A DNA stretch of 63,999 nt, counting the filler, from Sanchytrium tribonematis (lineage: Eukaryota), in the NCBI GenBank assembly GCA_018985235.1. It is 23 parts of 23 records of this genome, joined end to end, with 100 filler letters (N's around TTAATTAATTAA, not from the genome) between each part and the next. Parts side by side here need not be neighbours in the genome. Positions count along the whole stretch, not along the records: positions 33,029 to 34,384 come from JADGIG010001317.1; positions 34,485 to 51,173 come from JADGIG010000130.1; 21 more parts are not named here. One strand, written 5' to 3'. The notes beneath the pieces are model-generated. The model ran no database searches and was not told the DNA's origin. It worked only from the letters and a program-made list of their open reading frames with translations. The position numbers and the translations under genes are program-made. Positions 33,029 through 44,627 of the stretch are shown here, one piece after another (position 1 is the first letter of the stretch; each line of letters begins with the position of its first letter).

Positions 33029-34384
33029 GATTCTTGTCTATATTATGAAGGATTTAAAAGACAGCAAAAAGTTGTCAAAAACCTCAAGTTAGCAGATATA
33101 GAGGACCTAACCAGCTATGGTAGAAAAACGAACATTTGCCCATACTTCATGGCAAGAGCTTTAGTAAGTCAAGTGGACTTCGTTTTCTTACCCTATAATT
33201 ATTTATTTGACGGGACCAAAGGTGACCATTTTTTGGTAAATGTCAACCTAGAGAGTGGCCAAATAGATGTTTCTAAAACCGAAAATGAAGCCATTCTGCA
33301 AAGTAAGAAAAGAAATGGCGCAATAGTCATCTTCGACGAAGCTCACAATTTAGAGAGTGTAGCTTTAAGCAGTACGTCATTTGAACTTAATATGCAAGAC
33401 TTAGAGCATATGGATGGGGAGGTAAAATTGTGTATATCGCTTTGTGATCAATACGAATCAACTCCATCGGATTTTGATTGTATTAGTGTATTGGTATCTA
33501 AACTTAAACATTTTATGGTGGGCATCAAGTTTCCGGAGCATGACAGATTCAATTCTGCAAAAGTCATCAAAGATTCAAAATATATTTATGACGTGTTCGA
33601 AGAAGCTGGAATCGATAAGCATACGTATTCTAGCTGTGTAAAAGCATTTGAGAAAGCTATTGAAATTTTGTCAGACGACGCTAAAAATAGAATTTATCTG
33701 GACGACTTATTGACAGGTATCCGGATCATGTTTTCCAATATTGCTAGTTTTAGCAAATCCAGCATGCAACACCATGAGCATTTTAAGGTAAGCTTGGAAA
33801 AAAGTAAAAGTTATGGTACTCCGTTTGCAAAACATAGGCAAGAAGTCAACACAGTAACGCTCAAGTACTACTGCTTACATTCTGGTGTTGCTATGAATAT
33901 ATTGAATGACCTACGTGACAGCAAAGGCGAAAAACTAATCAAGTCTTTTATTCTTGCCAGTGGAACATTAAGCCCATTAGACTCCTTTGCATTTGAGTCT
34001 GGTCTAACTTATGGGAGCAAATTAAGCAACCCTCATGTGATCCAACCATTTCAAGTTTGCATTAGAAGTAGTTCTACTGGCTCTTTGGGATACAGTTTAT
34101 CTAGTACGTTTGACAAGAGAGATGATCCGAAATATTTAGCAGATTTAGGCCATTCTGTTCTGGAAATTTGCGACGAGGTCATAGGTGGAGTCCTTGTATT
34201 TTTCCCTGCTTATGCATTGATGGAGAAATGCTTGACATCATGGCGTCAAACAAATTTTAAAGCCTCAGGTATGAAAATCTATCAAAGGCTGACCCTGGAT
34301 AAGCAATTGTTTATTGAATCAAAAAATCGTGACGAATTTGAAAAAATAGTTTTAGATTTTGAAAATGCCACATCGCTTAAAAAG
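33029..34384 (+). CDS. FeS DEAH helicase of RTEL1/FANCJ type (fragment)
   Basis: CPYF, PYNYL, IFDEAHNLE, ILASGTLSPLDSF, NPHVI, GGVLVFFPAY. Confidence 0.9.
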
Positions 34385-34784
34385 NNNNNNNNNNNNNNNN
34401 NNNNNNNNNNNNNNNNNNNNNNNNNNNNTTAATTAATTAANNNNNNNNNNNNNNNNNNNNNNNNNNNNNNNNNNNNNNNNNNNNTTTTGAATCAATGAAT
34501 TGAAATGAAATGGATGAAATGCATCTGATTCATTGGATTGCCATTGTTTTTTGGATACTGGGTGATTTGGATAGATATCTGTGTATTCTTTGTAAATATT
34601 GGATAATTTGAAATGGATATTGAGTTGAATGGCATTTAATAGAGTAAATAGCATTGGATATAGTTGGATGGGGTTAGATGGGTTATTGAATGAGATGGCG
34701 TGATATTGGGTGATTTGGCAAATATTGGCAAATAAATTGATCTACAGTAAAAAAACCATCGGATGTGTTTGGATTCAATATTTA

Positions 34785-35054
34785 TTAGCTTTTAACCTCA
34801 CCAGTTAAACTATTAAGATTTGCTTCAATGGCTTCTTTCGTTACCCACTCTTGAAATATTTTTTGCGTTATTTCTACGTTGAATCCTCTACTTACTGATG
34901 CTATCAAAAAACTTGATAAATCAGAGGTCGTCATAACTTCCTCAAAACCCTCGCATTTCCATCCATCTAATTGATTTCGACAATAACCTTGCTCATCACT
35001 ATTAGAATAACTTATAACAATCTTAACTGCCACAATTAATCCAATCCAAATCAT
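34785..35054 (-). CDS. Small secreted protein; probable single-domain member of the C-x(n)-W-x-C family
   Basis: MIWIGLIVAVKIVISYS...YC...GWKC...MTTSDL. Confidence 0.55.
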   Translation of the reverse strand: MIWIGLIVAVKIVISYSNSDEQGYCRNQLDGWKCEGFEEVMTTSDLSSFLIASVSRGFNVEITQKIFQEWVTKEAIEANLNSLTGEVKS

Positions 35055-35300
35055 TATTTCTTTCTATTGTCATCCTCTCTTTAAATAGTACATCAAGTCG
35101 TACAAATAAACCCCTTTGCCAATCAAATTGGATTTCATGTTACATTTATCAATACAAGTGTACACAAAGACACCGTGATCTATTGAGACATTTGAATTTA
35201 TTGTTTTGAATTAAACTATCATTTTGAAGGGATAATTCGACAATATTGGCGTACTCAATCAACCAATTCATTATATAATGCTCTAGACATCCATGGAATA

Positions 35301-36170
35301 TCAAATCCATTGATTAATTCTTTTGGCAACTATGGCATGAGATGGAGCCTCTCTTATTTCAAAATAGTCTGCAGTGGTCATATGCTTCAAATGATATTCC
35401 ATATAAATAGCAGCATAATAAAGTGCATTGATAACACATGCAGGCTCTAGATTAACGAAAAGATAATCATATAAATTCATGTGTATAAATTTATCAAAGT
35501 ACAAAACTCCAATGGCTTTATAGTCTTTTTTAATGTCTTTTATGTCCGTATAATGCGTTTGGGATGCTAACAAGTCATCAGTATTTCTCTTGTTTACAGG
35601 TTGATCTGTATGAAGTGAATTTAAAATTTGATAAATTGGTTTGGTGATTGATTCTTGATTTGCAATTAATGCGCCACCTACAATTAGTAATATAAATCCA
35701 ATCCAGGCAGATTTAAGACTAATGCTACTATTATAAAGTTTGGCAATTATTATAGTTTGACCAAAATAAATAATTTCATTATTTGTAAATATGGCATTTT
35801 GAAGCAATTGAGATACTTCAAATGATCTCTTGGCTAGTCTCAGTTGGTGCGATTTGATATACTTGACAACTTCTGGGCATTGGGATGCTAGTTTTATTTG
35901 ATTTTGGATTGATTTTGATATTTCCACTTCTTTTGGAGTTCTTTTGATTATTTCCCTCGCTAGCTCATTTAAATCAATCGATGTTGGAAAGCAGTAATAC
36001 CTTAATGAAGGATTATTGCGCTGCATGATATTGATACAATTTGCAAATGCCAATTTCTCATTGTGAGTCATTTTTAATATTGTACTCGGTAAAATGGGTT
36101 TAATTGAAGATGCATACGCTTCTACAGATGGGGACGCTTTTGAAAATACACACAACAATGCAAATAACAT
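35301..36170 (-). CDS. Orphan secreted/membrane protein with dibasic KR sites
   Basis: Signal peptide, LAKR, hydrophobic helix, NKR. Confidence 0.65.
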   Translation of the reverse strand: MLFALLCVFSKASPSVEAYASSIKPILPSTILKMTHNEKLAFANCINIMQRNNPSLRYYCFPTSIDLNELAREIIKRTPKEVEISKSIQNQIKLASQCPEVVKYIKSHQLRLAKRSFEVSQLLQNAIFTNNEIIYFGQTIIIAKLYNSSISLKSAWIGFILLIVGGALIANQESITKPIYQILNSLHTDQPVNKRNTDDLLASQTHYTDIKDIKKDYKAIGVLYFDKFIHMNLYDYLFVNLEPACVINALYYAAIYMEYHLKHMTTADYFEIREAPSHAIVAKRINQWI

Positions 36171-36276
36171 GTGGAAGTGGATTGCAATTCCTTTTTATAA
36201 CAAATGGGGCAACACGTGGTTGTACAAATATACCCCGCTGCTAAATAGTCACGAAAAGAAAATCAATTCCATTTAT

Positions 36277-36876
36277 TTAAAAGACTTCATCATTCACCAG
36301 TGGATTCATATTGGTTTGAATTGGATGACCATCACATTGCCCGTAACTAAAATCCGGATGACAATGTTTGCCATTTTTAAATCTGAAACAATAGCCTTTT
36401 TCTGCAAATGGATCCATTTCACAATAAGGTGCCAAAGAATCACATTGTTTAGTCTCAATTGAAGCACCCACTTGAAAGACACCACATGGTAATCTGGGAC
36501 AGGCTGGATACGCACTAAATCGTGAATCACATTTAGATTTATAACTTGTTTCTTTTTCACAAGTACCTTGAAATGCAAAATCACTATTTCCCTTTGATTT
36601 GACACAATATGGGTAAGTTTGTGGACAATATCTGTGGTTTCCACTACTAATGAATCCACATTTACCATCCACACTCAAATTTGGATTTTTAGGCCATTCA
36701 CAAGTATTTGTGGCACTATAATCTGGTTGACATGCGTATTTCCCTTTTGGATCTGTATCGCATTGTCCCAATGAATTACAATATTCATTGTTGCCAGTAC
36801 ATAATTGATTGTTATTTTGCCAACCACAAAGTGGTTTGGTAGTTGTTAAAGCTGCCATGGATTGAATCAACATCAT
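36277..36876 (-). CDS. Secreted protein with three 6-Cys hevein/CBM18-like repeats
   Basis: 18 Cys in three CG..C..YC..C..C...(Y/F)S...C units; linker SVDGKCG typical of fungal CBM18. Confidence 0.75.
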   Translation of the reverse strand: MMLIQSMAALTTTKPLCGWQNNNQLCTGNNEYCNSLGQCDTDPKGKYACQPDYSATNTCEWPKNPNLSVDGKCGFISSGNHRYCPQTYPYCVKSKGNSDFAFQGTCEKETSYKSKCDSRFSAYPACPRLPCGVFQVGASIETKQCDSLAPYCEMDPFAEKGYCFRFKNGKHCHPDFSYGQCDGHPIQTNMNPLVNDEVF

Positions 36877-37115
36877 TTACCAAACTAGATGATTTTGCAT
36901 TTAATATTATTTAAAATGGCTTTAATTGGTGGGTAATATGATTAAACCATTTAACAAAAGACCATTGGCCAATTTTAAATGAATACGGCTTGCCATTTCC
37001 TTGCAAGATCAATTTAAATGCTCGAATAAGATGATACACAGTGGCTAAAAATCAACCAATTGACTGCTAAATAAGTTGCCAACTCTATTTAAAATTTAAT
37101 TCCCCATTCAAACAA

Positions 37116-37394
37116 ATGATATTCTCTCTCGCTTTATCTGCAATTTCCACCAGATTCCAAAAATGTGGTCCAAATCAACAACAATCTATTTGCCAAGCAC
37201 CCAATGCATTTTGCAGTTTCAATTGGTATTGTATGACAGATCGTAGTCACAAAAAAGGATGTCATTCAGAATACAGCTTTAAAACCGTAGATTTAATCGA
37301 TCCAGATGGAAATTCAGCCACAGATAATAATGTGATTGTGAGTCAAACTGCTTGTTCTGGTTTTAGTGAGGTTCCTTTCAACTTAATAAAATGA
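37116..37394 (+). CDS. Secreted single 6-Cys hevein-like protein
   Basis: KCGP..C..FCSFNWYC..GCHSEYS. Confidence 0.7.
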   Translation: MIFSLALSAISTRFQKCGPNQQQSICQAPNAFCSFNWYCMTDRSHKKGCHSEYSFKTVDLIDPDGNSATDNNVIVSQTACSGFSEVPFNLIK

Positions 37395-37575
37395 TATTCA
37401 ACTATTTTAAAACCTTGCCTCAAAATCAATGACCAACACAAATCAGCGTGATTCAGATTCACAAATCATTGTTTCTATTTCCGGTCTTTGACATGTTGTG
37501 ATTGGCCATTATCAATCAAATTAGACAAACTTGTCTGTGACATTGATTAAAAAGAGATACACGTCTATTCGCACC

Positions 37576-38056
37576 ATGATTTGGATTTTATTGACAATTA
37601 TATTCGGAGGGGCAAGGGAAGCACTTAGGCCTGAACCAGTAGAAGTTAAATCTTCTCAACCTGGAGTTACTACTACTTTCAAACCACCTGAAGGTCACGC
37701 TTCATCACCACCAGGAACTGATTTATATTCAATTTCAACAGATGGTATAAAAGACCCTTTAACACCATCCCAAGCAGAAGAGGCACAGCAACAATTTGGT
37801 GAATTGGAAAACAAGATAAAAGGGGTGAGATTTGCTCAAGAAGACATTATACATGAATATAATCCTACGGAACCACCTAATGAAAGACCCCAAAGAAGAT
37901 AAACCACCAGAAGAAAGAGATAATTCAAATGAAACACCCAAATCCCTTGACAAAACACCATCCAAATTATCATTTGATGATAAACTTGCCATCACTGCTA
38001 TTATATTGGGTATCACTGGATTCATTATGATGTTGGCTGCATTAAGCACCATTTAA
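37576..38056 (+). CDS. Type I membrane/secreted orphan protein split across two frames (frameshift or 19-nt intron 37825-37843)
   Basis: Signal peptide MIWILLTIIFG, Pro/Glu-rich stalk, C-terminal TM in the second frame. Confidence 0.55.
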
Positions 38057-38297
38057 TAAATGTGTCTCCACAGATATATTTCTTTTCAAACATGGCCATC
38101 AAAATATACTGAGATGATTAAAACACTAATAAAACAATGCTGAATGCTACCCCGATGAAGTAAAGACTGGTGAATGAATTGAAAATCATGTTGATCAATC
38201 AAATTGTAAGGGGATTCATGTGATGCCATTTAGTAGAATTGATTGGATGACTGAAATGAAAAGGGGGCTATATAATCACACAGTGATCAAACCATAA

Positions 38298-38891
38298 ATG
38301 TTGTTGATTTGGATGATTTGTACAATTGCAATTAATATACAAGTTGGAACATCTGAGCATGTCTTTTATTCTATTATAGATGGCTCAATTGTGAATAGGA
38401 AATGGCAGACATTGGAAATGGAATTAACTACAGATAAATTGATTGAGATTGTAATGAAATGGACGGATATTCACATTAAAGTGTTGGTTGGATCGAAACA
38501 CATTCAAATTAATTTGATTAGACGTGAAAATGAATTATTTACTAAACAACAAGTGATGAAAGCACTTGAAATTGCAAGTGGTGAAATTAAAGAGTCTTTG
38601 ATAAATATACGAATTCAATCAGATTCAAGTGAATTTGAATGGATTGGATATTCCGTAGAGAATGCCGAATTTGGATATTGGAAAAGTGGGAAAGGAATGA
38701 GTTTATTAATTTTTAAAATCGATGCTGTTATAAATTCGATTGAAAAGGAGGAATTTGTGACAATTCAATCTACTTATTATAGTCGATTTGATATACTGAT
38801 ACATTCAAATAATATTAAACAAGTGATTTTGAATGAATTAAAAAAGTGTCATTTTTATGCATTCCAGATGGAAGCATCGAAACTTGTTTGA
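38298..38891 (+). CDS. Secreted orphan protein, probable distant member of the cluster family
   Basis: MLLIWMICTIAINIQV signal and two-unit layout resembling the 40365 and 49457 proteins. Confidence 0.55.
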   Translation: MLLIWMICTIAINIQVGTSEHVFYSIIDGSIVNRKWQTLEMELTTDKLIEIVMKWTDIHIKVLVGSKHIQINLIRRENELFTKQQVMKALEIASGEIKESLINIRIQSDSSEFEWIGYSVENAEFGYWKSGKGMSLLIFKIDAVINSIEKEEFVTIQSTYYSRFDILIHSNNIKQVILNELKKCHFYAFQMEASKLV

Positions 38892-39361
38892 TCTGAATAA
38901 ATAATTTATTGACGATTTAAAAGTGATGTTGCTTCCAACTCTATAAAATAATGACACTTCATTTTAAATATTTCAAATAAAGGAGATTAGAAAGACACAG
39001 ATCACATGAAAATACAACACGTGTCACAATAGGGGAATCATAGAATTTAATTTGGATGTGGATGATGTCCAATGATCATAGTCGTGTAGGGTAGTTGTAT
39101 ATTTAATATATTGGGAAATGGACGGATATCATGGGATATGGCTAATAATAATGGAAAATGATTGCAAAATATCAAGTATTGAATGGATGTAAATTTATAT
39201 CTCAATCATCTGCTAAATCGTTGACTTGCTCTTCATTTACAAGATCCAATCACTCCATAATTTACCAATTAAATTAATAACATAGCCAATAAAATACAAT
39301 GCAAGTATCTGCAATCAAATACAATGCATATTTAAACCAAAAGAACCATCTCATCTTTTAA

Positions 39362-39691
39362 ATGATTTTTTTGTTATTTACCGTATTCACAAAACAAACT
39401 GCAAATGCAAGATGTGGACCACAATTTAACAATCATAAATGTGCAAAAGGGTTTTGTAGTTGGAATTCTATTTGTAGAGTCAAGGGTAGTAAAAATGGAT
39501 GTAAAGCACGATACAGTGCAGATGGGACATGTGATTATCCAGAAAAGGAACCGTGTGGAGATTGGAACATGGGTATACCATTAACATGCAATGGAAAAAG
39601 ACCATATTGTCAAATGGTAGATGATAAAGCAGGCAGTTGTAGCAGAACTAAAAAAGGATGCGAACCAAATTACAGTTCTAAACCATGTTGA
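39362..39691 (+). CDS. Secreted protein with two 6-Cys hevein-like repeats
   Basis: RCGPQFNNHKCAKGFCSWNSIC...GC..YS...C. Confidence 0.78.
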   Translation: MIFLLFTVFTKQTANARCGPQFNNHKCAKGFCSWNSICRVKGSKNGCKARYSADGTCDYPEKEPCGDWNMGIPLTCNGKRPYCQMVDDKAGSCSRTKKGCEPNYSSKPC

Positions 39692-39814
39692 GTAAATACT
39701 CCTATCATTTCAATTTCATTTTATTCGTCGATTGAAAATATGTGACGAATTGTATGAAATCTTTTAAATAATGCAAAACAGTTTCACGAGTCATACAGCA
39801 CATGTGAAAATTAT

Positions 39815-40222
39815 TTATTCATGTCCAACTAATTCCTCTAATGTCTCTTGTATTTCATTCTGCTTCATTGGTGGTTCAAATTCATAAATTGGCACTTGAT
39901 TCCGACTCAGAATAACTTGAGATGTATTCAAATTCAATTGTACATGATTTGATAATTCATCATTTGATAATAAATCACCGTGATTCCATGGATTACAATA
40001 CCATCCATTATATTTAATTTGAGTTCTAATGGGTCTCTTGTATTTCCATGTATACGTGCATGTATTTGGAATATTGTTGATGTTTAATTTGATTTGATAT
40101 AAAGATGGCATTGTTGGATGGATTTGGATGGGTGGTTGGATTGGATTTGAGAGATATTGGGATATAAGTTGGAGAATGAGATTGAAATTGAAATTGAATA
40201 ATGGATCCATTGTGATTGTCAT
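39815..40222 (-). CDS. N-terminally degenerate member of the C-x(n)-W-x-C family
   Basis: PSLYQIKL...TC...GWYC...LLSNDEL; shared upstream element at 40274-40320. Confidence 0.5.
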   Translation of the reverse strand: MTITMDPLFNFNFNLILQLISQYLSNPIQPPIQIHPTMPSLYQIKLNINNIPNTCTYTWKYKRPIRTQIKYNGWYCNPWNHGDLLSNDELSNHVQLNLNTSQVILSRNQVPIYEFEPPMKQNEIQETLEELVGHE

Positions 40223-40364
40223 CACCCTTGAATGTTTGACAGAGTCATTTGGAGTTGTACAAATAAGAAATGGCCAATTAGAATGAACCACGTGGTCTCC
40301 TTGTGTTTGAAACAAATGACGAATTACGGATAATGTCATGGTTATAACTCCAATATATATTTAT

Positions 40365-41213
40365 TTAATTTCCCAATCTTTTAAATGCTCTTTTGACTTG
40401 ATTGACACTAATTTGTTGATTCTTTTGATAAGTAACTTGTTTGAATCCATTTGTAACGGTGGCTACAAATTCACGTTCAACATGATTACAAACTAATTGA
40501 GCCATTGCAGTTACATTATGACCAGATCCAAGATGAGTACTGCAATCCCAAACTTTCTCTGATACTGGTTTGTCAAATGAACTCCAATTTTCGGCACAGC
40601 AAATGAATTCATTTTCATTTGTAAAAGAAATAGAGAGTCTTGAGAATTGTTTTCTTAAAGTATACAATGCATCCTCAAATGTCACATCAAATTTATGTTC
40701 TTCGATCACCTTGTCTCTTGTGAATGTCACAGTATTCACTGGATTGTTTCGGACAAAATTGGCCCATTTATATGCCAAATCAATTGTTGAAATTTTGGCT
40801 ACATCCCTAAAAAGACATACCCATCTTAATTCACCATCACCTGTATTTTGATTCCACCTTGCTCGAAACACATCTACGCAAATTTCAGTTTCTTTTCCTT
40901 CGCTCAAAAATGTTACAAAAAATGGATCTTCATTGTTAGCCTTTAATAATTGTTTTAACACAAAGGATTTCGTATTTTCCGACTGTATATTCAGATTATA
41001 CATCACTTTTGAATTCAAAATATACTTGACTTCTTGTCCCTGCTCCATTGCATCCAAAATGTCAAAGATCAATGCACTTGTGGATGTATCTCCATTCCAT
41101 TGCTGTTCAACCACGGATATTTCCAATGGCTTACTGTCTACAGACAAAGTTTCTACATTTTTAGAAAATTTGACTAACAATTTTGCCATCAACAACGCAT
41201 TCAAAATCAACAT
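40365..41213 (-). CDS. Secreted three-unit member of the C-x(n)-W-x-C family
   Basis: PFFVTF..ETEICVD...RWVC...ISTIDLA and ISFT...CC...VWDC...VTAMA. Confidence 0.7.
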   Translation of the reverse strand: MLILNALLMAKLLVKFSKNVETLSVDSKPLEISVVEQQWNGDTSTSALIFDILDAMEQGQEVKYILNSKVMYNLNIQSENTKSFVLKQLLKANNEDPFFVTFLSEGKETEICVDVFRARWNQNTGDGELRWVCLFRDVAKISTIDLAYKWANFVRNNPVNTVTFTRDKVIEEHKFDVTFEDALYTLRKQFSRLSISFTNENEFICCAENWSSFDKPVSEKVWDCSTHLGSGHNVTAMAQLVCNHVEREFVATVTNGFKQVTYQKNQQISVNQVKRAFKRLGN

Positions 41214-41239
41214 TCTCCCCAAATGTGCATTGCTTCATT

Positions 41240-41352
41240 TAAATACAAATTCAAGTGGTACAATTATCCCCCCTGCCAATCAAATCATGCCACGTGGTCT
41301 CCTTGTGTTTAAAACAAATAGACAATTTCCAAATGAATCCATCGCACAGATC
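41240..41352 (-). promoter_or_regulatory. Repeated upstream element of the secreted family containing CCAAT-N9-CCACGTG
   Basis: Related copies at about 40274-40320, 43283-43367, 49216-49295, 50116-50161 and (partial) 51146-51173. Confidence 0.7.
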
Positions 41353-41382
41353 CACTCATTCAAAAAAGATATTTCAACTCAT

Positions 41383-41899
41383 TTATTCCCTATCCCAATA
41401 CAAATGATCAATTGAGTCCCTTCTCTTGTCATTTTTTAAATATCTCACACGTGTAGAATATCTGATAGTCTCCATCATTTCATGATAGGACAACAAATGG
41501 CCCAAATCTAATTGACACCACCATCTAGCTTCATCTAAATCTTTAGGAGTTCCAAGTTCTTCATACAATACATCCACACATTTGTCAAGATTATTTGATC
41601 TAATAACGAATTTGAAGGATAGTTTCTTGATTATATTTCATCAAAATCATCAAAAATTGGATTGTATCATGACGATCATAATAGGAATACGTTGCAATTG
41701 AATTGCCATTTTTCTTGATTTCAATTTGCAATTCTTCTACTTGTTTTTGCTTTGTTACTTTTGCCATTTCCCACGTCTTTAAATTCTCAAAACCAGATTC
41801 CCATACAATTGAATCTGTAATGGTGTATGTGATGGATTGTTGGTCGTATTTGCTGAATGTGACTGATACATATGCAATGGCAATTGTTGTCAACAACAT
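41383..41899 (-). pseudogene. Frameshifted member of the C-x(n)-W-x-C family
   Basis: MLLTTIAIAYVSVTFSK in one frame, KLSFKFVIRSNNLDKCVDV...RWWC in another; no fitting intron seen. Confidence 0.65.
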
Positions 41900-42358
41900 A
41901 TCTCCGCTGTTTGTCCCTATGAATCAAAAAATATTTACATTATTCCAACCATTGGTGGACAATTGGAATATGTATTATTTTAATGCCATTTAATTTCTCA
42001 TTTCATATTAAATATCACTCTGCATTATTGACTACAATTTACAATTATTGATTTAAAAGATACATTTATTTCATTAAAATCTCCATTTAGTCACTGTTTG
42101 AATTTATTTCATAGATAGAATGTATTTATTGGTGAGTAGTTGGTAGGTTTAATTGGGCATCAAAGGATTGTAAATGAATCACCCCTTTCCAGACAACTCA
42201 CTATTGTCAGAAATGGGAATTGATTTGACCCATTCTTCATACAACTGTTTCTGTGTGACCATGTGGTCGTACAAATTTTGAATGATTGGCCTATTTTACT
42301 CCTTGGGGTAAAAGAGGGGATAAATTTGAACATAAATAGACGACATGACTCTCATTGT

Positions 42359-42952
42359 ATGTTGCTGTTGTTGTTGAGTTTGTTGTTTGCTTATCATATC
42401 ACTATTCGTGGTCAAAGTCCTGATTCACCTGTCTGCAATTTTTATGAAAATGAACAGACTGGTGTGTGGAAGTTGGAAGTAGAAAAGCCGCAAAAGACTG
42501 GTGACGATTCTGAATTTACAGGACTAACAGATAAAGTGATCAAAAAAGCAAGTACAGGGACAAAAGATAAAGTGATCGAAGAAGCTAGTGATATATTGGC
42601 AAAACAGGATGTATTGGTTGTCAATGGTTATTACTTTAATACACTTACTAAGTTCTCATTTACATATAGTCTAGAACAGAAAACCATCAAACAGATTTTT
42701 GAAGAGGCATTCAGTGAGCGAGATATTAATAGAATGAAGTATGATGGGTTGGATGCTAAAATTCCTATTCCTAACCATAGTGATAAAACACTTGATGTGC
42801 TACGCCATTTGAAAGGTAATATTCCTAACCATAGTGATAAAACACATGATGTGCTACGCGATGTTAACGATCAAGAAGGTGATGAAACAAATAATCTTTT
42901 TATCAACCAACAAGATGGTCCACGGCGCGTTAAAAATGAGCAATTCAAATAA
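42359..42952 (+). CDS. Secreted orphan protein with internal duplications
   Basis: MLLLLLSLLFAY signal; IPNHSDKTxDVLR twice (54-bp period). Confidence 0.65.
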   Translation: MLLLLLSLLFAYHITIRGQSPDSPVCNFYENEQTGVWKLEVEKPQKTGDDSEFTGLTDKVIKKASTGTKDKVIEEASDILAKQDVLVVNGYYFNTLTKFSFTYSLEQKTIKQIFEEAFSERDINRMKYDGLDAKIPIPNHSDKTLDVLRHLKGNIPNHSDKTHDVLRDVNDQEGDETNNLFINQQDGPRRVKNEQFK

Positions 42953-43400
42953 ATTTTCATTTTTATTCAATTCCCTTGATGCTCTCATTCTCCATCATTT
43001 CCCGCAATGCACTATGCTTTGCCCTATATCCTGCATGATGTTGCTCAATATACATTGGATTCTCTTTACAACAATATAAAATAAGTATTATGAAAATGAT
43101 TAAAATGACCACTACCCACCAATGTACGACTACTCACCAGTGTTTTTAAGTGTGTAGTGGTTATTGCATTTACATTCTCTAAATCACTTGTCTGTATTTG
43201 TGGTGAATGACTCTATTGATGTTGTATTTATTGTAGTACTTGATGATGAACTAGTGGAAATAAGAATTGGATGAGTTACATCACCCCCTGTCAATCAAAT
43301 ATTACCACATGGTCTCCTTGTACTCGAAACAAATAGTCAATTTCCAAATGGAACCATCGCACAGATCATTTGTCATGTCAAACATCAATTCAATATTGAT

Positions 43401-43664
43401 TTATTGAGTCTCTCCTACCAATCCACGCAAATCTTTAACAATGTCATCAAATGAAGTGTCTAGATTCTCATATTTAAATTTCACTTTGTTATTCTTCAAT
43501 ACGACCACATATCCATTGAAATAGAATATTTTGTATCTCCATTATACTCAATAAGCTTATTCATGATGGTGATGGTGTCATATTCCAAGATTGTATGATG
43601 CATCACTATTTGGATTTAGTGTCACTGTTAATTGTGCCATTGCAAATGCGATCCAAATCAGCTT
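43401..43664 (-). pseudogene. Decayed cluster-family paralog (start codon lost)
   Basis: (K)LIWIAFAMAQL versus MIIWMAFAMSQL at 49189; C-terminal FDDIVKDLRGL versus IEYIVKDLNKF; upstream sequence resembles that of the 41899 gene. Confidence 0.6.
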
Positions 43665-43857
43665 ATCTCCGTTGTTTGTTCCTTTTCGTTTTAAAAAATA
43701 TTCAATTGTCAAGTAATGATTTCCAAATGTTGTTTTGCGCAATTAATATGCAAGCTAACAGTTATTTCAAACAACCATTCATCGTTTAAAAGAAATCTGG
43801 CACCAATCAATTGATCGCTATACTATTCAAGAGAAAGTGAGTCGCTTTTTATTCCAA

Positions 43858-44229
43858 ATGATGGTTTATTTACTTTTATCTCTCATATCATCCAAAGCAT
43901 TTCAATTATGCGGTAAAAAACATGGTAAAAAAAAGTGCTTCAATGGATATTGCAGTGCCAATGGGTATTGTATGACAGATCCGAAGAAAAAAGCTGGTTG
44001 CATTGAAGCGTACAGCACCCCAGGACAATGTAAGACAATTCCGTGTGGTACTATTTATAAAAAATGTCCAGAGGGAGCACCTTATTGCAGTGGAATCAAA
44101 TTCCATTTTATAGAGATGAATTATGGTCCAGAGGCATTGCCGGAAATTCAAGTGGGACATTGTAGTATTATCAAGTACAAATGCAATCCACTCTTTAGTA
44201 TGAATGGTAAATGTTCAAGTAGTGGTTAA
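43858..44229 (+). CDS. Secreted protein with two 6-Cys hevein-like repeats
   Basis: LCGKKHGKKKCFNGYCSANGYCMTD...GCIEAYS...C. Confidence 0.78.
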   Translation: MMVYLLLSLISSKAFQLCGKKHGKKKCFNGYCSANGYCMTDPKKKAGCIEAYSTPGQCKTIPCGTIYKKCPEGAPYCSGIKFHFIEMNYGPEALPEIQVGHCSIIKYKCNPLFSMNGKCSSSG

Positions 44230-44627
44230 GAATAAATTATATTAACAACAATTGAATAATTTAACAATTATTGCATTCACTATAGCAAGGAATAGAAAGT
44301 TTAGTGCATAAATTTCAACGAATTTAATAAAATACTTTGTTTTTCAATTTTATTTCCTCAGATCAATTCTGCCAAATTATATAAAACCCTTTTCCAATTT
44401 ACCATGTGCCCGAAACAATCATGTTTTTTTTTCTTATCTTATTTATTTAGGGGAACATTGCAGTCTTGAAACAATCATGTGACACTTGCCATGTACTCAT
44501 TTTGCAGCAAGTAATTTGCAAGTAATGAGCAAAAATGACAACCAGTTATATCCAACATAATAATGATAATAAATTTACAAGATCAATAAATCATGAAAGC
44601 CTTGCTCGCTAAACTAATCAATAGAAA

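Noticed and set aside
33236..33253. Possible in-frame 18-nt intron in the RTEL1-like helicase insertion
   Set aside because: Does not match T12/A14 and the frame is open without it; untestable without cDNA.
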